From: Craspedostauros australis
Lineage: Eukaryota
Length of the DNA stretch: 43,144 nt
Direction: 5' to 3'
Assembly (NCBI GenBank): GCA_030167865.1
Contig: JALAGF010003010.1
Location: 1-43,144, forward strand
Part shown: positions 33,334-43,144 of the stretch, piece after piece
Layout: the number at the start of each line of letters is the position of its first letter
How positions within the stretch are numbered: the stretch's first letter is position 1
Notes under the pieces: generated by a model
Databases searched by the model: none
Told to the model about the DNA's origin: nothing
Seen by the model: only the letters and a program-made list of their open reading frames with translations
Made by a program: the position numbers and the translations under genes

Positions 33334-34683
33334 TCACTTTTTCCGCAAAGTGATTTGGAGCAGCTTTTCGTTGGGAAAGTAATCCTTGGGATTGGGACGA
33401 TACTCAGGGTCAATGAAGAAGGTCTCCCAAGATGACGCGATGCGGCATCCGTTGGCGCGGCCCACCATCTCCCAGTAGGCCGCCAGCGTGGTCCCGATGT
33501 ATTCCGGACTGAATCTGGATTGCTCGCCGGTGATTTGCAGGCAGGCACCCAGCGTGGCGGGTTCGTAGATGCTGACGAGGCAATCGACGGTTGTGCCGCT
33601 CAGCAGGCTGTCATCGTCAAGCTCGTCAAAGACGACATCGCTCGTGCCGTCGCTGTCCTTCGTTGCTTCTCCTGCGATCTTGAAGCCCTTGCAGTATCCG
33701 CAGGTCTGGAAGGCATTCAAGATTTGGAACAACCCAGGTACCGTGCCTTGCAGTATCCTGGATTTGTCTGCCGAGGCCTTGCTGATGGACCCGTTGCCGA
33801 GCAGGGATTGCAACGCCAGCTGTCCGATGCGTCGAGCAAAGACATCGCGGTCGGTGTAGTTGGGCAGCAGGTCTGCTGCTGTCCTCCACAGCGCGTACGA
33901 CGTCAAGTCGAAGTAGTACTGATCGGACACGTCCTCGACGCTCCATGGCGCGCGGGCGTAGAAGCTCTTGGCGACCCTATCGCGGTATTGCTTCATGCCA
34001 ACGGCAATGGTATTGGCAGTCTCTGCTCTCAACGCTGCTGATGCTGCTACATCGGACCCATCCTGCTCCTTCGAGGCAACCAGCACAGACAGCAAGGCCT
34101 GCGTCGCCACGCAGTTGGCAGAGCAATCGTTGTCCAACAGCAACGTCGTTCCCAATGGCCGGATCGTTCGCGGCGATGGCATCACCGGCAATGCCGAAGA
34201 TCGGATGTTGCCCTCCTTCTTGTTGCCACCGATCAGATCTCGCATGTAGAACTCAAAATCCAATTCGGCCGCACCCTTTGCAGCGTTGGCGGCTTGCGGT
34301 GGGACGAAGAGGAGGGACGACGTCGATGCCGCAGTTGCAGTCGTTGCAATTGACAGCAGTCGTCGGCGTGACCACTCATGGTTGTTCTTCTTGTTGCTGT
34401 TGTCATCGAGTTGGAGTGCTGCGCATGTCGGAAAAAATGAGAGGCGTGGCTGCCATCGTCGATCGTGGATGTTGTGGAGACGGCTGCCATTCCGCCTCAC
34501 CTCCGAAAAGGCGAAGGCGCAGATCAAGAACAACAGAAGCGGCGGCGACGGCAGAAGCCGATTGACGCGTGTCCCAGTCTCCTTGGTCCCCAACCGCATG
34601 TTCTTCGTCTCTGCGAGTGACATTCTGTATCTTGTGTGATCCGAAGGCCGGCGCCGCAGCATCACAGCCGTCATCGTCGCCAT
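33334..34683 (-). CDS. Protein of unknown function, probably plastid thylakoid lumen (tripartite targeting); start may be ATG 34599
   Basis: Hydrophobic signal LLLFLICAFAF, then twin-arginine SRRRLL, an h-region and AANA|AKG cleavage. The mature region is well-formed and globular (DQYYFDLTSYALWR, PEYRPNPKDYFPNE). Confidence 0.7.
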   Translation of the reverse strand: MATMTAVMLRRRPSDHTRYRMSLAETKNMRLGTKETGTRVNRLLPSPPLLLFLICAFAFSEVRRNGSRLHNIHDRRWQPRLSFFPTCAALQLDDNSNKKNNHEWSRRRLLSIATTATAASTSSLLFVPPQAANAAKGAAELDFEFYMRDLIGGNKKEGNIRSSALPVMPSPRTIRPLGTTLLLDNDCSANCVATQALLSVLVASKEQDGSDVAASAALRAETANTIAVGMKQYRDRVAKSFYARAPWSVEDVSDQYYFDLTSYALWRTAADLLPNYTDRDVFARRIGQLALQSLLGNGSISKASADKSRILQGTVPGLFQILNAFQTCGYCKGFKIAGEATKDSDGTSDVVFDELDDDSLLSGTTVDCLVSIYEPATLGACLQITGEQSRFSPEYIGTTLAAYWEMVGRANGCRIASSWETFFIDPEYRPNPKDYFPNEKLLQITLRKK

Positions 34684-36230
34684 CCAAAGTTGATACCCCC
34701 GACACGCTGCCTTCTCTCCTTTCCGTTGCTCTCTGTGCTGCGCAGGTACTCTGCTTCAGAGTATTCTATTGCTGCCAGCACCAGTGACAGGTCCCTTGGT
34801 GAGCTCTCCCTTGTTGGTGTTGTTTTCGCTTTCGTTTCGCCAAGGCGCCAAACTGTCCCGCGACTGAGACCTCTTGAAGAGCGCCGCAGAGAGGCTGAGA
34901 GAGAGGGTGTGTGATTCTTCGCTCCACTCTACTATTAATCGTAGGCTACGCGAGGGGCTCAGCCACCACCACTCTCCTTGCGTCAAGGTCGAAGAACGGA
35001 AAAGGTGGTGTCGGAACGGCGCCATCTCCATGGTTGACATTTCGTTGAAGAAGGCATCGGCGATGGGTGTCAACGTCTTGACATCCCAAACCGTGAAATC
35101 GGTTGCGAATTGGCATCAACGTGGCTCTTGATGGGTGGTTGATGTGCGAAACCGTCAAGATACCATTTTTTGGAGTGCTTCTCACTTCGTGACCATGTGC
35201 GACACGCCGATTGACGAAAGTATGGTGGCCGTCATTCTGACGGAGGCTAAATCATTCGAGAACGGATGCAGTGCGAAGTTTTAGGCCAATCACAACGTCG
35301 AAAGCAGAGAATAGATGAGTCATCTTCATGTCCCACCGATGCCGTGTTGCGAACTTACGAAAGTTGCGAAACACCGCAGCCACAGCGTGGAACCACGAAG
35401 TTACGTTGCGCAGAACACCACATCAGGACTGTTTTTCGCCAACGCACAAAGAAACCTTCGAGAATCTCGTGGTGGTTCCAACACAACAGCGCAATTGCAG
35501 GTTCCACACGAAGGAGCGGAGCTTGTGACCACCAGCTGCCCAACAGGAACACGAGGGTGTTCGATTGTTGGGAAGGGGCACAGCAAGAAAAACGTCGCCA
35601 GCAAGGTCCCGAACAACAACGACGCCAACAAAAAGGGTCTGTTGCAACAGCGTTCTGTCGCAGAAATGGCAACAAGAGAGGCGGTTCTGCACCCAAAACC
35701 GAAAAATTCAAACCCGATACTTTACGAGTGCGAAAAGACGCGCAAAGCAGCGCGCGGATTGCGGGAGCGGGTGAAGAAACAGCGCAGTATTCACACGTGA
35801 ATGCGAGGTACGCACTCGTGCTCAGACGCACTGAGGAGAGATCCATCTCCTTCTTTGGAACCAGCTCGCTGCAGATCGGTTGGAGATTCCCAGCTTCATC
35901 ATTTCTGATGGCGCTGCTGTTGGTGTTCCTGTCGCCACCCACACAAACAACGCAGAGCCGACATCTCATTCAAGCCACCTTTCCACATCCTTGGTCAGAC
36001 TCACATCAACATCCACATCTTCGTTCTCGTTCCCATCACATGCACATACTCCAACGAATACACACTTGCGGACTCCGACATTCCCATTGTCATACTTTCT
36101 GACAAGTGACCAACCACACCATCATCTGTCTATTGCGCGCCATCCTTCCAACAAGTCTCAACAGCAGCCTCAACCTCCGCACGAACACCACCACCACGAA
36201 GTCTCAACAGCAGCAACAAGAACAAGAACA

Positions 36231-37379
36231 ATGGCGTTCCTGAAGCACCTTCGACGTCCACTCCGCAGCTCCAACCACAGCAGGAAGCTCAGCAGGAGGA
36301 ACCGCGATGGCAAGCACAAGAATCAGAACCAGAAGGGCAACAGCCATGTCGATGCCACAGCCCTCACAACGCTGAAGAGCAGCAGCACCATCCTGACAGC
36401 CAACACCTTGGCCGCCAGCAGCAGCAGCATGCCCATGACGCCCATCCACCTCCGCTCGGACGGCGGCAGCAACGACGATGTCGAGATGGGTCTGGGAAAG
36501 GCTCCGCAGAACCCCCTGGCTGCTCCCTGCACGGACGGCAGCAAGACCGCCAGATCCGACGGAAGCGGCGGCACCGCTCCGGCCGACTCCTCCACCGAGG
36601 GCTCCTCCAACGTGTCGCCGCACCGCTTCATCGTCCGCAACCTCGACCACGACTACGCCTGCTTGAACAGCAGCGAGCTGCTCTCCGCCTCCTTCGACAC
36701 CGACAGCCGCGGTCGCGGTCGCAGCCAGAAGCAGAGGATCAGCGCCTCCGCCTCGTCCATCCACACGGACGGGAACCTCGATGCCAGCGACCCCGAACTC
36801 GGACTGGCCTCCAGAAGCCGCAGCACGGCCACCCACAGCCACGCCTCGGAATCGGGAAGGACCACTGAAGAAGCCTTCACCTCCAAGACCCTGCCGTCCA
36901 CCCCGCTGCAGGACTTCAGCTTCTCAGGTCCGCACAAGTACTACCTCAACCAGCCTGACGGAACCCAGCAGCGCGACAACTCGCAGATACCCAAGGAGGT
37001 CCTGGTCATCGGCGAGACGCTGGCCTGCGGTCAGCTCCCCAACAACGATGTCTACGCCGCCCTCGAGGCTGCGCAAATGGACAACGACGCCTGCAAGATC
37101 CGCATCCAGCAGCTCGAGAAGCATGCCGACAGCCTGCAGACCTACCTCGGCAGGACGCAGGTCTTCTGCGAGACCCTCCTCACGGATCGCAAGATGCTGG
37201 CCGACGAAGTCCAGACCCTCGAGGGGGACCGAGCCGCGCACCATCTCTACGCCACCTTCCTCAAGGGCTGCATGGCTTTCGGCCTCCTCATCTACGTCAC
37301 GACGGGGTCGCCGTCCTTCCTCGGCTTCGCTGCCATGCTCTACCTCATGACCGACGCTTTCTTCACCTACCTCGGTTAG
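36231..37379 (+). CDS. Hypothetical protein: disordered N-terminus, coiled coil, two C-terminal TM helices
   Basis: Strong C-ending codon bias from ATG 36231 in good context (ACAATGG). Heptad-like IRIQQLEKHADSLQ...LADEVQTL. Hydrophobic FLKGCMAFGLLIYV and FLGFAAMLYLM. Confidence 0.75.
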   Translation: MAFLKHLRRPLRSSNHSRKLSRRNRDGKHKNQNQKGNSHVDATALTTLKSSSTILTANTLAASSSSMPMTPIHLRSDGGSNDDVEMGLGKAPQNPLAAPCTDGSKTARSDGSGGTAPADSSTEGSSNVSPHRFIVRNLDHDYACLNSSELLSASFDTDSRGRGRSQKQRISASASSIHTDGNLDASDPELGLASRSRSTATHSHASESGRTTEEAFTSKTLPSTPLQDFSFSGPHKYYLNQPDGTQQRDNSQIPKEVLVIGETLACGQLPNNDVYAALEAAQMDNDACKIRIQQLEKHADSLQTYLGRTQVFCETLLTDRKMLADEVQTLEGDRAAHHLYATFLKGCMAFGLLIYVTTGSPSFLGFAAMLYLMTDAFFTYLG

Positions 37380-38196
37380 AGAGTGGCCGCGCACAGCATC
37401 AGGACTGGACACAACGCAAGAGCGCCTTACTCGTGAAGGCCTCACATCCATGCCATCGCTGCTGCGACACCACACAACGCTAGCAGCAAGGCACAGCACC
37501 GCTAACCACAATCACAAGAGTCGCATACGCGCGAGAACGATGTGCTGTGCACTGGTATCCACACTTCGTCTCTCTTCCACCTACCAACCATCAGATCATT
37601 CGGATCTCATGCTACATGAAGGGTCCGCACGCTGCACCGACTGCAACATCACACGCGACCCGCCATCACCACCAGAAGTTACATCTTGCTTCATCACCCA
37701 CAACACTCCATGATGCTCAATCGGAGCACCATGCGAGGAGCGCAGGGACCCACAAGAGAGCTTCGCACCGTCCCCAGCGGACGATCCTGCGATTCGGCCA
37801 ACCACAACGCGTACCGAACCACGCCATCACTCGTGAGATGGTGTGCCGCAGCGAAGCCCCACCAACACAAGCATCACGTTCTATCCTCCACTCGCACGAG
37901 CAGCAGCAACTGTGAGCTGGGTCGACAACAGATCGCACACACTCCCAACGTCCCGCGCACTTATTCATTTTGCACATGTTCACAATTCACTGTTCCACAA
38001 GAAACGGAAGCGCAAGCTCCATTGTATCAATCAACCCCATTTCATCATCTAAGCAACAAGTAGAGTACTCTTTGTTTACTGTTACCAAAACGTTCTATAC
38101 AAAAGTATACTGTACCATACATGCGCTTCGCAGCGGTCTTTTGGATCAGTGGATAAATGCATTGCGTCCAAGTGCTTTTAGACGGCAATGCCTTCG

Positions 38197-39987
38197 CTAA
38201 CGTGCCAACCTCTCCTCGACGAACCGCTTCGAAAGACTGGTTATCCTCTGAGCCAGAACTTCATTCCAGAGACTCTTGAGCTTTGCGGCAGCGTCGTTCT
38301 CATCCGCTGCTCGTTCCTTGACCTCATCAAGCAGAGGTTGACGGTGGTTCACGCCAGCGCTGTACGTCCACATCAGCTTCCGTATCACTGATACCACGTA
38401 CTCTTGATCCACTTCCTGATCTTCGTCCGAAGTCGCTTCCGACTTTGGCTCGGTTCCTTCTCGCATCGCGACAGCCGACTGCAGGATCCGATCCCGACAC
38501 ACGCGCATCAGCTCACCATCCCCGCGCAGCATGCCCAGGATGGAACTGCAATGAAAGTCGATCCCTTGCAACGCCACGTCCGTGCGGCCAAGTTTGGGAA
38601 TGCACTCCGGAATCCATCGACCGCGCGAACGTCGATGCGCCACGCACGGCACGTCGTGCCACAGCAACGCAATCTCGATGCCGCTCTGTGCTGGAGGCAG
38701 CTCCGCGTGCAATACTTGCGGCACGGCGGCGGTGGTGCGTTCTTGCCACGTCTGCACGAACCGTCGCATCATGCTGAGATCATGCGCCATGCCGCCGTAC
38801 TCGACGCGCACCAGGCAGGCGTACAGATTGATGTGCGATGGTGCGATCGTCAGCAGCGTGGGGGTATCGTTGTCGCCGTTGCTGCCTTGTGAACAAGAAT
38901 CTTGCCACGGACACGACGCCACGTCGTAGACGATCTGCAGCATCTTGCGCTGCAATCGCGGTTGCGACGTCGTGAAGTAGCCTTTGGAATGCGCCATCAT
39001 GCACCACACGAGGATGGCCATGTCAGGATGCAGCGTGCTGTCCTCCAGAATGATGATGGGCAGCCGTCGGTACAGTTGTTCGGGTTGGCGATCCAGCAGT
39101 TCCATGGCAACGCGGACGGATGGCAAGGGACGGCGGCGACGGATGTTCTTTTGCAGGATGGACTTGAGGGCTGGGATGGAGAAGCGGGAGTGCCGCTGCA
39201 CCAACCGTCGTTGCTGCGGCGACGGTTTGTGTGGCATGGAGGATGTCATCCAGAGATGGATGTTGGCAGTCGGGAGACGCAACGTGACGCAGTCCCTCCA
39301 GACGCAGTCCGTTGGTTCCAAGGAAAGCTCCGTACCAGTGGTTGTCAATGTGACTTCGCAGTCAGCATTGAGATGCAGACGATGGAAGACGCGCCTCTTC
39401 TGCGGTGGTGGAGCGAAGGCGTGCTTGGCTTGTTTCATCATGATTGCAAACGCGGATTTTGTGGGCGCAGCTGCATCCTTTTCGGTACTCGTAGCACCAG
39501 TAGGCGCTGTTGATGATGTGATGGGCGTTGTTGCCGCGGTATCGTTTGTTGCGGATTGCGAGTCCTTGTCGCCATCCTCATTGCCACTGTCCTTGATGTC
39601 GATGGTGACTGCCTCTTCGCGCTCGCTGCTGCTTGGTGGAGGCGTTGACGGCTGGCGTTGTTCTTCCACATCCACATCCGCTTGGGCAGCGTTCGTTGCC
39701 TCGTTTTGCCTCCGGAAGCACGCATCCAGATGGCTGTTCATGGCACGCTCCAACACATGCTTGCCGCAACCAGCCGGGCAAAGAACGAACTGGCTCTTGC
39801 CGCTTGTTTTCCGACTGCTACGGCTGCTGTTGACAGCGATGTTGCTTGGTTTGGGACGCTTGCCGTGGCTCATCAGCAAAGCAAATGCATCGCCGTTCGC
39901 CTGTCCAGGCCGTCTTTTCATGGTTTCGTCACGACGAACAGTCCTCTCCTTGCTGCGTTCTTGCCTCAGCGATTGTCTTGCAGGCAT
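38197..39987 (-). CDS. UBZ4 (Rad18-type) zinc finger + MgsA/WRNIP1 C-terminal-like helical domain protein
   Basis: CPAGC..MNSHLDAC zinc finger. SILQKNIRR...RRLPIIILED resembles MgsA SALHKSIRG...RRLIRIASED. NLS-like MKRRP and GKRPK. Start at ATG 39987 or 39921. Confidence 0.7.
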   Translation of the reverse strand: MPARQSLRQERSKERTVRRDETMKRRPGQANGDAFALLMSHGKRPKPSNIAVNSSRSSRKTSGKSQFVLCPAGCGKHVLERAMNSHLDACFRRQNEATNAAQADVDVEEQRQPSTPPPSSSEREEAVTIDIKDSGNEDGDKDSQSATNDTAATTPITSSTAPTGATSTEKDAAAPTKSAFAIMMKQAKHAFAPPPQKRRVFHRLHLNADCEVTLTTTGTELSLEPTDCVWRDCVTLRLPTANIHLWMTSSMPHKPSPQQRRLVQRHSRFSIPALKSILQKNIRRRRPLPSVRVAMELLDRQPEQLYRRLPIIILEDSTLHPDMAILVWCMMAHSKGYFTTSQPRLQRKMLQIVYDVASCPWQDSCSQGSNGDNDTPTLLTIAPSHINLYACLVRVEYGGMAHDLSMMRRFVQTWQERTTAAVPQVLHAELPPAQSGIEIALLWHDVPCVAHRRSRGRWIPECIPKLGRTDVALQGIDFHCSSILGMLRGDGELMRVCRDRILQSAVAMREGTEPKSEATSDEDQEVDQEYVVSVIRKLMWTYSAGVNHRQPLLDEVKERAADENDAAAKLKSLWNEVLAQRITSLSKRFVEERLAR

Positions 39988-40355
39988 GCTGATGATTGTG
40001 AACGGCACGGAATGGTAACGCAGGTGGTGCGCGAAGAATGGCAAGAACATGATGCCGAATATTACAACACAACGCAACACAACGCAACAACCAGGCGAAG
40101 AAATGGCGCGAACGACGAGCATATTAAGTCACGAATATCAGTCACGAACGAATGATTAATGTGCATCCGAATCGCTAAAATTGACAGAGCAGATCAATGG
40201 TCCGGCTTCTGGTGGAGCAATGCCACACCATGGATCGTACTCGTCTGGTATTATACATACCAGTGCTCTAACGGGGCGTCCTGTATATGCATTGCATACA
40301 TTGTATGCATGGTGCTCCACAGATCCCAACTCGCTTGATTGTGTCAAGAGGGGGA

Positions 40356-41672
40356 TCATCCCTCCATGTCCGCAGGCATGTGGTCCTTCCAGGCCTCGAT
40401 GGCATCATGGATCTTGCGACGTGTGGCACCGAGCTTCTTTTTGGCAGCCTCCATGTTCGACTCTATCCTCTCGGTCGGTGAGCGTGCCTTGCCGTTGCCA
40501 TCTTCGTCGTCAGCGTTTTCGCTAGTGAGAAGTTCCAACTCAGTCTCCTCAGCGTTTTCAATCTCCTTCACCGCTTCGTCCAAGTACGCGAACAGCTCCG
40601 TCAGCTTCGTCTGCGCCTTTGCCGCCGCGAAACGCACCTTCTTGATGGCGAACAGCCGATCATCGATCTCGGCCTCCATCTCGAGCATCTCGCGTTCCTC
40701 TTCCGCCTCCTCCTTGTCCTCTTCGTCGCTGTCCTCGGCCATGTCGTCATCATCGAATCCATCCTCGAAGGTCATCCCCGACGACACGCCCTTGGCCGCA
40801 CCTGCCGCTCCGTTTCCGTCGCTGCTCCGACTCATCGCAGCGGCTGTTGCTTCCTCTTCGCGCTTCATGAAATCGGCCTCATCCGTGGCCTGCGCGATGA
40901 TGTCGTCGACCTGCTCATCCTCCGACTTGGGTGTTTCGTCCATGAATCGTGCAAAGGGCGGTTTCGGATCGCACAAGGAGAGACCCAAGCTCCTCAAGCC
41001 TTTGTTGATCTCGCCCATGCGTTCCTCCGACGTCTTCAAGCCGCTCGGCAGGGACCTGTTCAATTCTTCCAGCCGCTCCTCCAAGGACCATTGCTGATCC
41101 ACGGCATTCGCGGCCACAACGGATGTCGGCGTCTTGGAGAACAGGGTCCAGAAGATCTCGTTGCGCAGCGCGGCATCGTCATCCGAAATCTCATCCGCAG
41201 GCGTCGTGGCGCGCTTTCGTTCGTCGATATCATTTTGCATGGCCTGACAAAGACATTGGAATGTCTTGTCCATGTACTCCTTCCACTTCTCGTCGTACAG
41301 CTTGGCGATGCGCTGCTCGTCCTCGTTGGCGCTATTGGCCGATGTCCTGGCCAGATCCTGCAGCAAGACGACGGCCTTGGTGTACTTGCTGGTTGCCTGC
41401 CACAACTCCGCCTTGGCGGTCTCGTGCTGCTTGGCCTGTTTCAACAGCTCGAACGCCTTTTCGATGTCACCATTGTCGTTGCCACCGCTTGGCTGCGGCC
41501 TGTTGCTGCTGCTGTCATCTTCCGCCTTCTGCTTGCCATCGTCCTTGTTTTCGTTGTTGCTCTCATTGTTGCTCTCATTGTTGCTCTCATTGCTGTCCTC
41601 GACATTGCTGTCCTCGCCATTGCTTCCGTCGCCAGTTGGCTCTGGCTTGTTGCCATCATCTTCATTCGACAT
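40356..41672 (-). CDS. MIT-domain-containing acidic coiled-coil protein
   Basis: IEKAFELLKQAKQHE...ATSKYTKAVVLL...LYDEKWKEYMDK matches the three-helix MIT pattern (~41250-41468). Followed by LEERLEEL and EDEQVDDIIAQATDE. Start MSNEDD at 41672. Confidence 0.65.
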   Translation of the reverse strand: MSNEDDGNKPEPTGDGSNGEDSNVEDSNESNNESNNESNNENKDDGKQKAEDDSSSNRPQPSGGNDNGDIEKAFELLKQAKQHETAKAELWQATSKYTKAVVLLQDLARTSANSANEDEQRIAKLYDEKWKEYMDKTFQCLCQAMQNDIDERKRATTPADEISDDDAALRNEIFWTLFSKTPTSVVAANAVDQQWSLEERLEELNRSLPSGLKTSEERMGEINKGLRSLGLSLCDPKPPFARFMDETPKSEDEQVDDIIAQATDEADFMKREEEATAAAMSRSSDGNGAAGAAKGVSSGMTFEDGFDDDDMAEDSDEEDKEEAEEEREMLEMEAEIDDRLFAIKKVRFAAAKAQTKLTELFAYLDEAVKEIENAEETELELLTSENADDEDGNGKARSPTERIESNMEAAKKKLGATRRKIHDAIEAWKDHMPADMEG

Positions 41673-42237
41673 GGTTGAAAGATCTCTGCCTCTGATGGTG
41701 CTCCGAAGTATGCTGTTGCGGGTCCTGCTCTCTTGAGTATGTCTGCGTGCTTCAGTTGATCGCACGATCGATGGTTGGTGCTATCGCTGAGCAAGTGTTC
41801 GTCTTGGCACCGTATCCCATCATACACGATCACATGACCGTCGTGGGCATGGCCGCAGAAGAAGCACGATCCGACGACCTCTTGTCTGTCTGTGCCGTGT
41901 TGCGTTGGTATCTTCACGATTCAGAGCTTGGTCAAGAGAAGAAGCGAACAAGGATGACGCCCCACCGTCTGTCCGCAGATGCGGTTGGAGTGCGCCGTCG
42001 ACATTCGTACGTGTATGAACTGTACGACTACGAGTAGGGACTCCCTCTGCTATTGGGACGAGCAGCGTGTTGAGGCTACTCTGCTACCGTTGTCATCAAC
42101 GACATCATCAAGGCGATGGCCTTGCACTGCCACGCGCATGAATACCCAAAGCGAAGGAGGGAGCTGACCTTATCCGTTCTTGTTGAGTATTACGAAAGTA
42201 GAATGGAATCTAGAGCTGTGCGAGTACGATGTCGAGT

Positions 42238-43144
42238 CTATGCCATCAGCAGTGGAGCATGTTTGTTGCGTTGTTCATCCTCCTGTGTTTCCAGGAAGGT
42301 ATCTCCATCGCTATCGCTATCTCCATGGCTATCGCCACCGTCATCATCATCCATGCCCTCCCTCTGCTGGATCTTCAAACTCAGCTCATCCCAATCCTTC
42401 CTCACGAATGCAGCGAACAGCGACACGAGGATACTGAAGTATGGCACCACGATCCAGGTCCATGTCGCACTTAGACCCTGACCTCGGACGATCGTCTCGT
42501 AGTATGTGACCGGGAGACCAATCACCCACAAGAAGAAGAAATTGATCGCACCCAACGTCCATTGCAAACCCAGACCGTTGGCAACGCCCGTGGAGGATGA
42601 AAAGACTGTCAGGAAGAAGTTGTAGATGCACACCTTCACCCAGATCTCGTCCGCGCCATCGATGACTTCCTGTTCTGTTGTGAAGATGGAGAACAGCTGG
42701 AACCGGAAGGTATAGACCAGCACTGACGTGATGAAGTAGCAGACGGTTGCAATCGTCATGGTGACAGCCACCAACAGCTTTGCCCGCTGTGCGTTGACAG
42801 GAAGCAGAATGCCCATCCGGATGGAGAGGGCGACGCCTGTGCCGAATGGGCACATGAAAAGTGCCATGATGATCTGTGTCGGGATGGTGTGGACGCTGAG
42901 CGGAATGACTCCCAACATGCCCACGATCAGACCCAGCGCCTCCCAGTACACCCATTCGGATTGTGCCAGCATACCTCCAGCCCCCAATGACACATACTCA
43001 ACGAAACGTTCGTAGTTCAGCAATTCTCTCCAGCATCGCAGCCCCGGCCATGTTCTGAGTTCGTGTGGCTGTTTCCACCACACGATGAAAACCAAAATCA
43101 TTGCCTGTGATATCTGAAACACGAGGAATGCATACGCCGATCCG
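42238..43144 (-). CDS. MATE family efflux transporter, C-terminal part (5' end outside window)
   Basis: SEWVYWE, FMCPFGTGVALSIRMG..L..AQRAK, GVANGLGLQ..GAINFF..WVIGLP; multiple TM helices. The frame stays open to the window end. Confidence 0.88.
   Translation of the reverse strand, partial: GSAYAFLVFQISQAMILVFIVWWKQPHELRTWPGLRCWRELLNYERFVEYVSLGAGGMLAQSEWVYWEALGLIVGMLGVIPLSVHTIPTQIIMALFMCPFGTGVALSIRMGILLPVNAQRAKLLVAVTMTIATVCYFITSVLVYTFRFQLFSIFTTEQEVIDGADEIWVKVCIYNFFLTVFSSSTGVANGLGLQWTLGAINFFFLWVIGLPVTYYETIVRGQGLSATWTWIVVPYFSILVSLFAAFVRKDWDELSLKIQQREGMDDDDGGDSHGDSDSDGDTFLETQEDEQRNKHAPLLMA

Noticed and set aside
35266..36102. 278-aa and 161-aa ORFs in the divergent intergenic region
   Set aside because: No domain features or coding-like codon bias; likely promoter or leader sequence.
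40293..40309. Perfect inverted repeat TGCATACA-T-TGTATGCA
   Set aside because: Short AT-rich palindrome in a 3' UTR/promoter gap; no supporting context.
38984..41097. Long antisense ORFs (344 aa, 252 aa; likewise 7318-8121 and 14807-15661)
   Set aside because: Shadows of real genes on the opposite strand, caused by codon bias.

Overview
Eukaryotic nuclear DNA, most likely from a diatom (inferred from a diatom-type cyclin, bipartite plastid-targeting presequences, GT-AG introns and CAAC-rich leaders). After a repeat-rich start with an assembly gap (251-355) and a candidate solo LTR (541-850), the window holds 13 protein-coding genes. In order: WEE1 kinase; plastid-targeted AROM-type [degenerate shikimate kinase]-DHQase-shikimate dehydrogenase; RPL31; COQ7-like di-iron hydroxylase; diatom-specific cyclin; a 5-exon membrane-anchored atypical (PKDCC/POMK-like) kinase; a ~2980-aa DDT/WHIM/PHD chromatin protein; a divergent non-RD CDK-like kinase; a thylakoid-lumen Tat-type protein; a coiled-coil membrane protein; a UBZ4 + MgsA_C-like protein with no ATPase; an MIT-domain protein; and the 3' part of a MATE transporter. 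Most interesting: the concentration of cell-cycle and genome-maintenance genes, an E2F/CHR (DREAM-like) motif cluster upstream of WEE1, aureochrome/bZIP-type boxes upstream of the cyclin, the ATPase-less WRNIP1-like protein, the lumenal atypical kinase and the truncated AROM. All calls are from motif recognition by eye; no searches were run.
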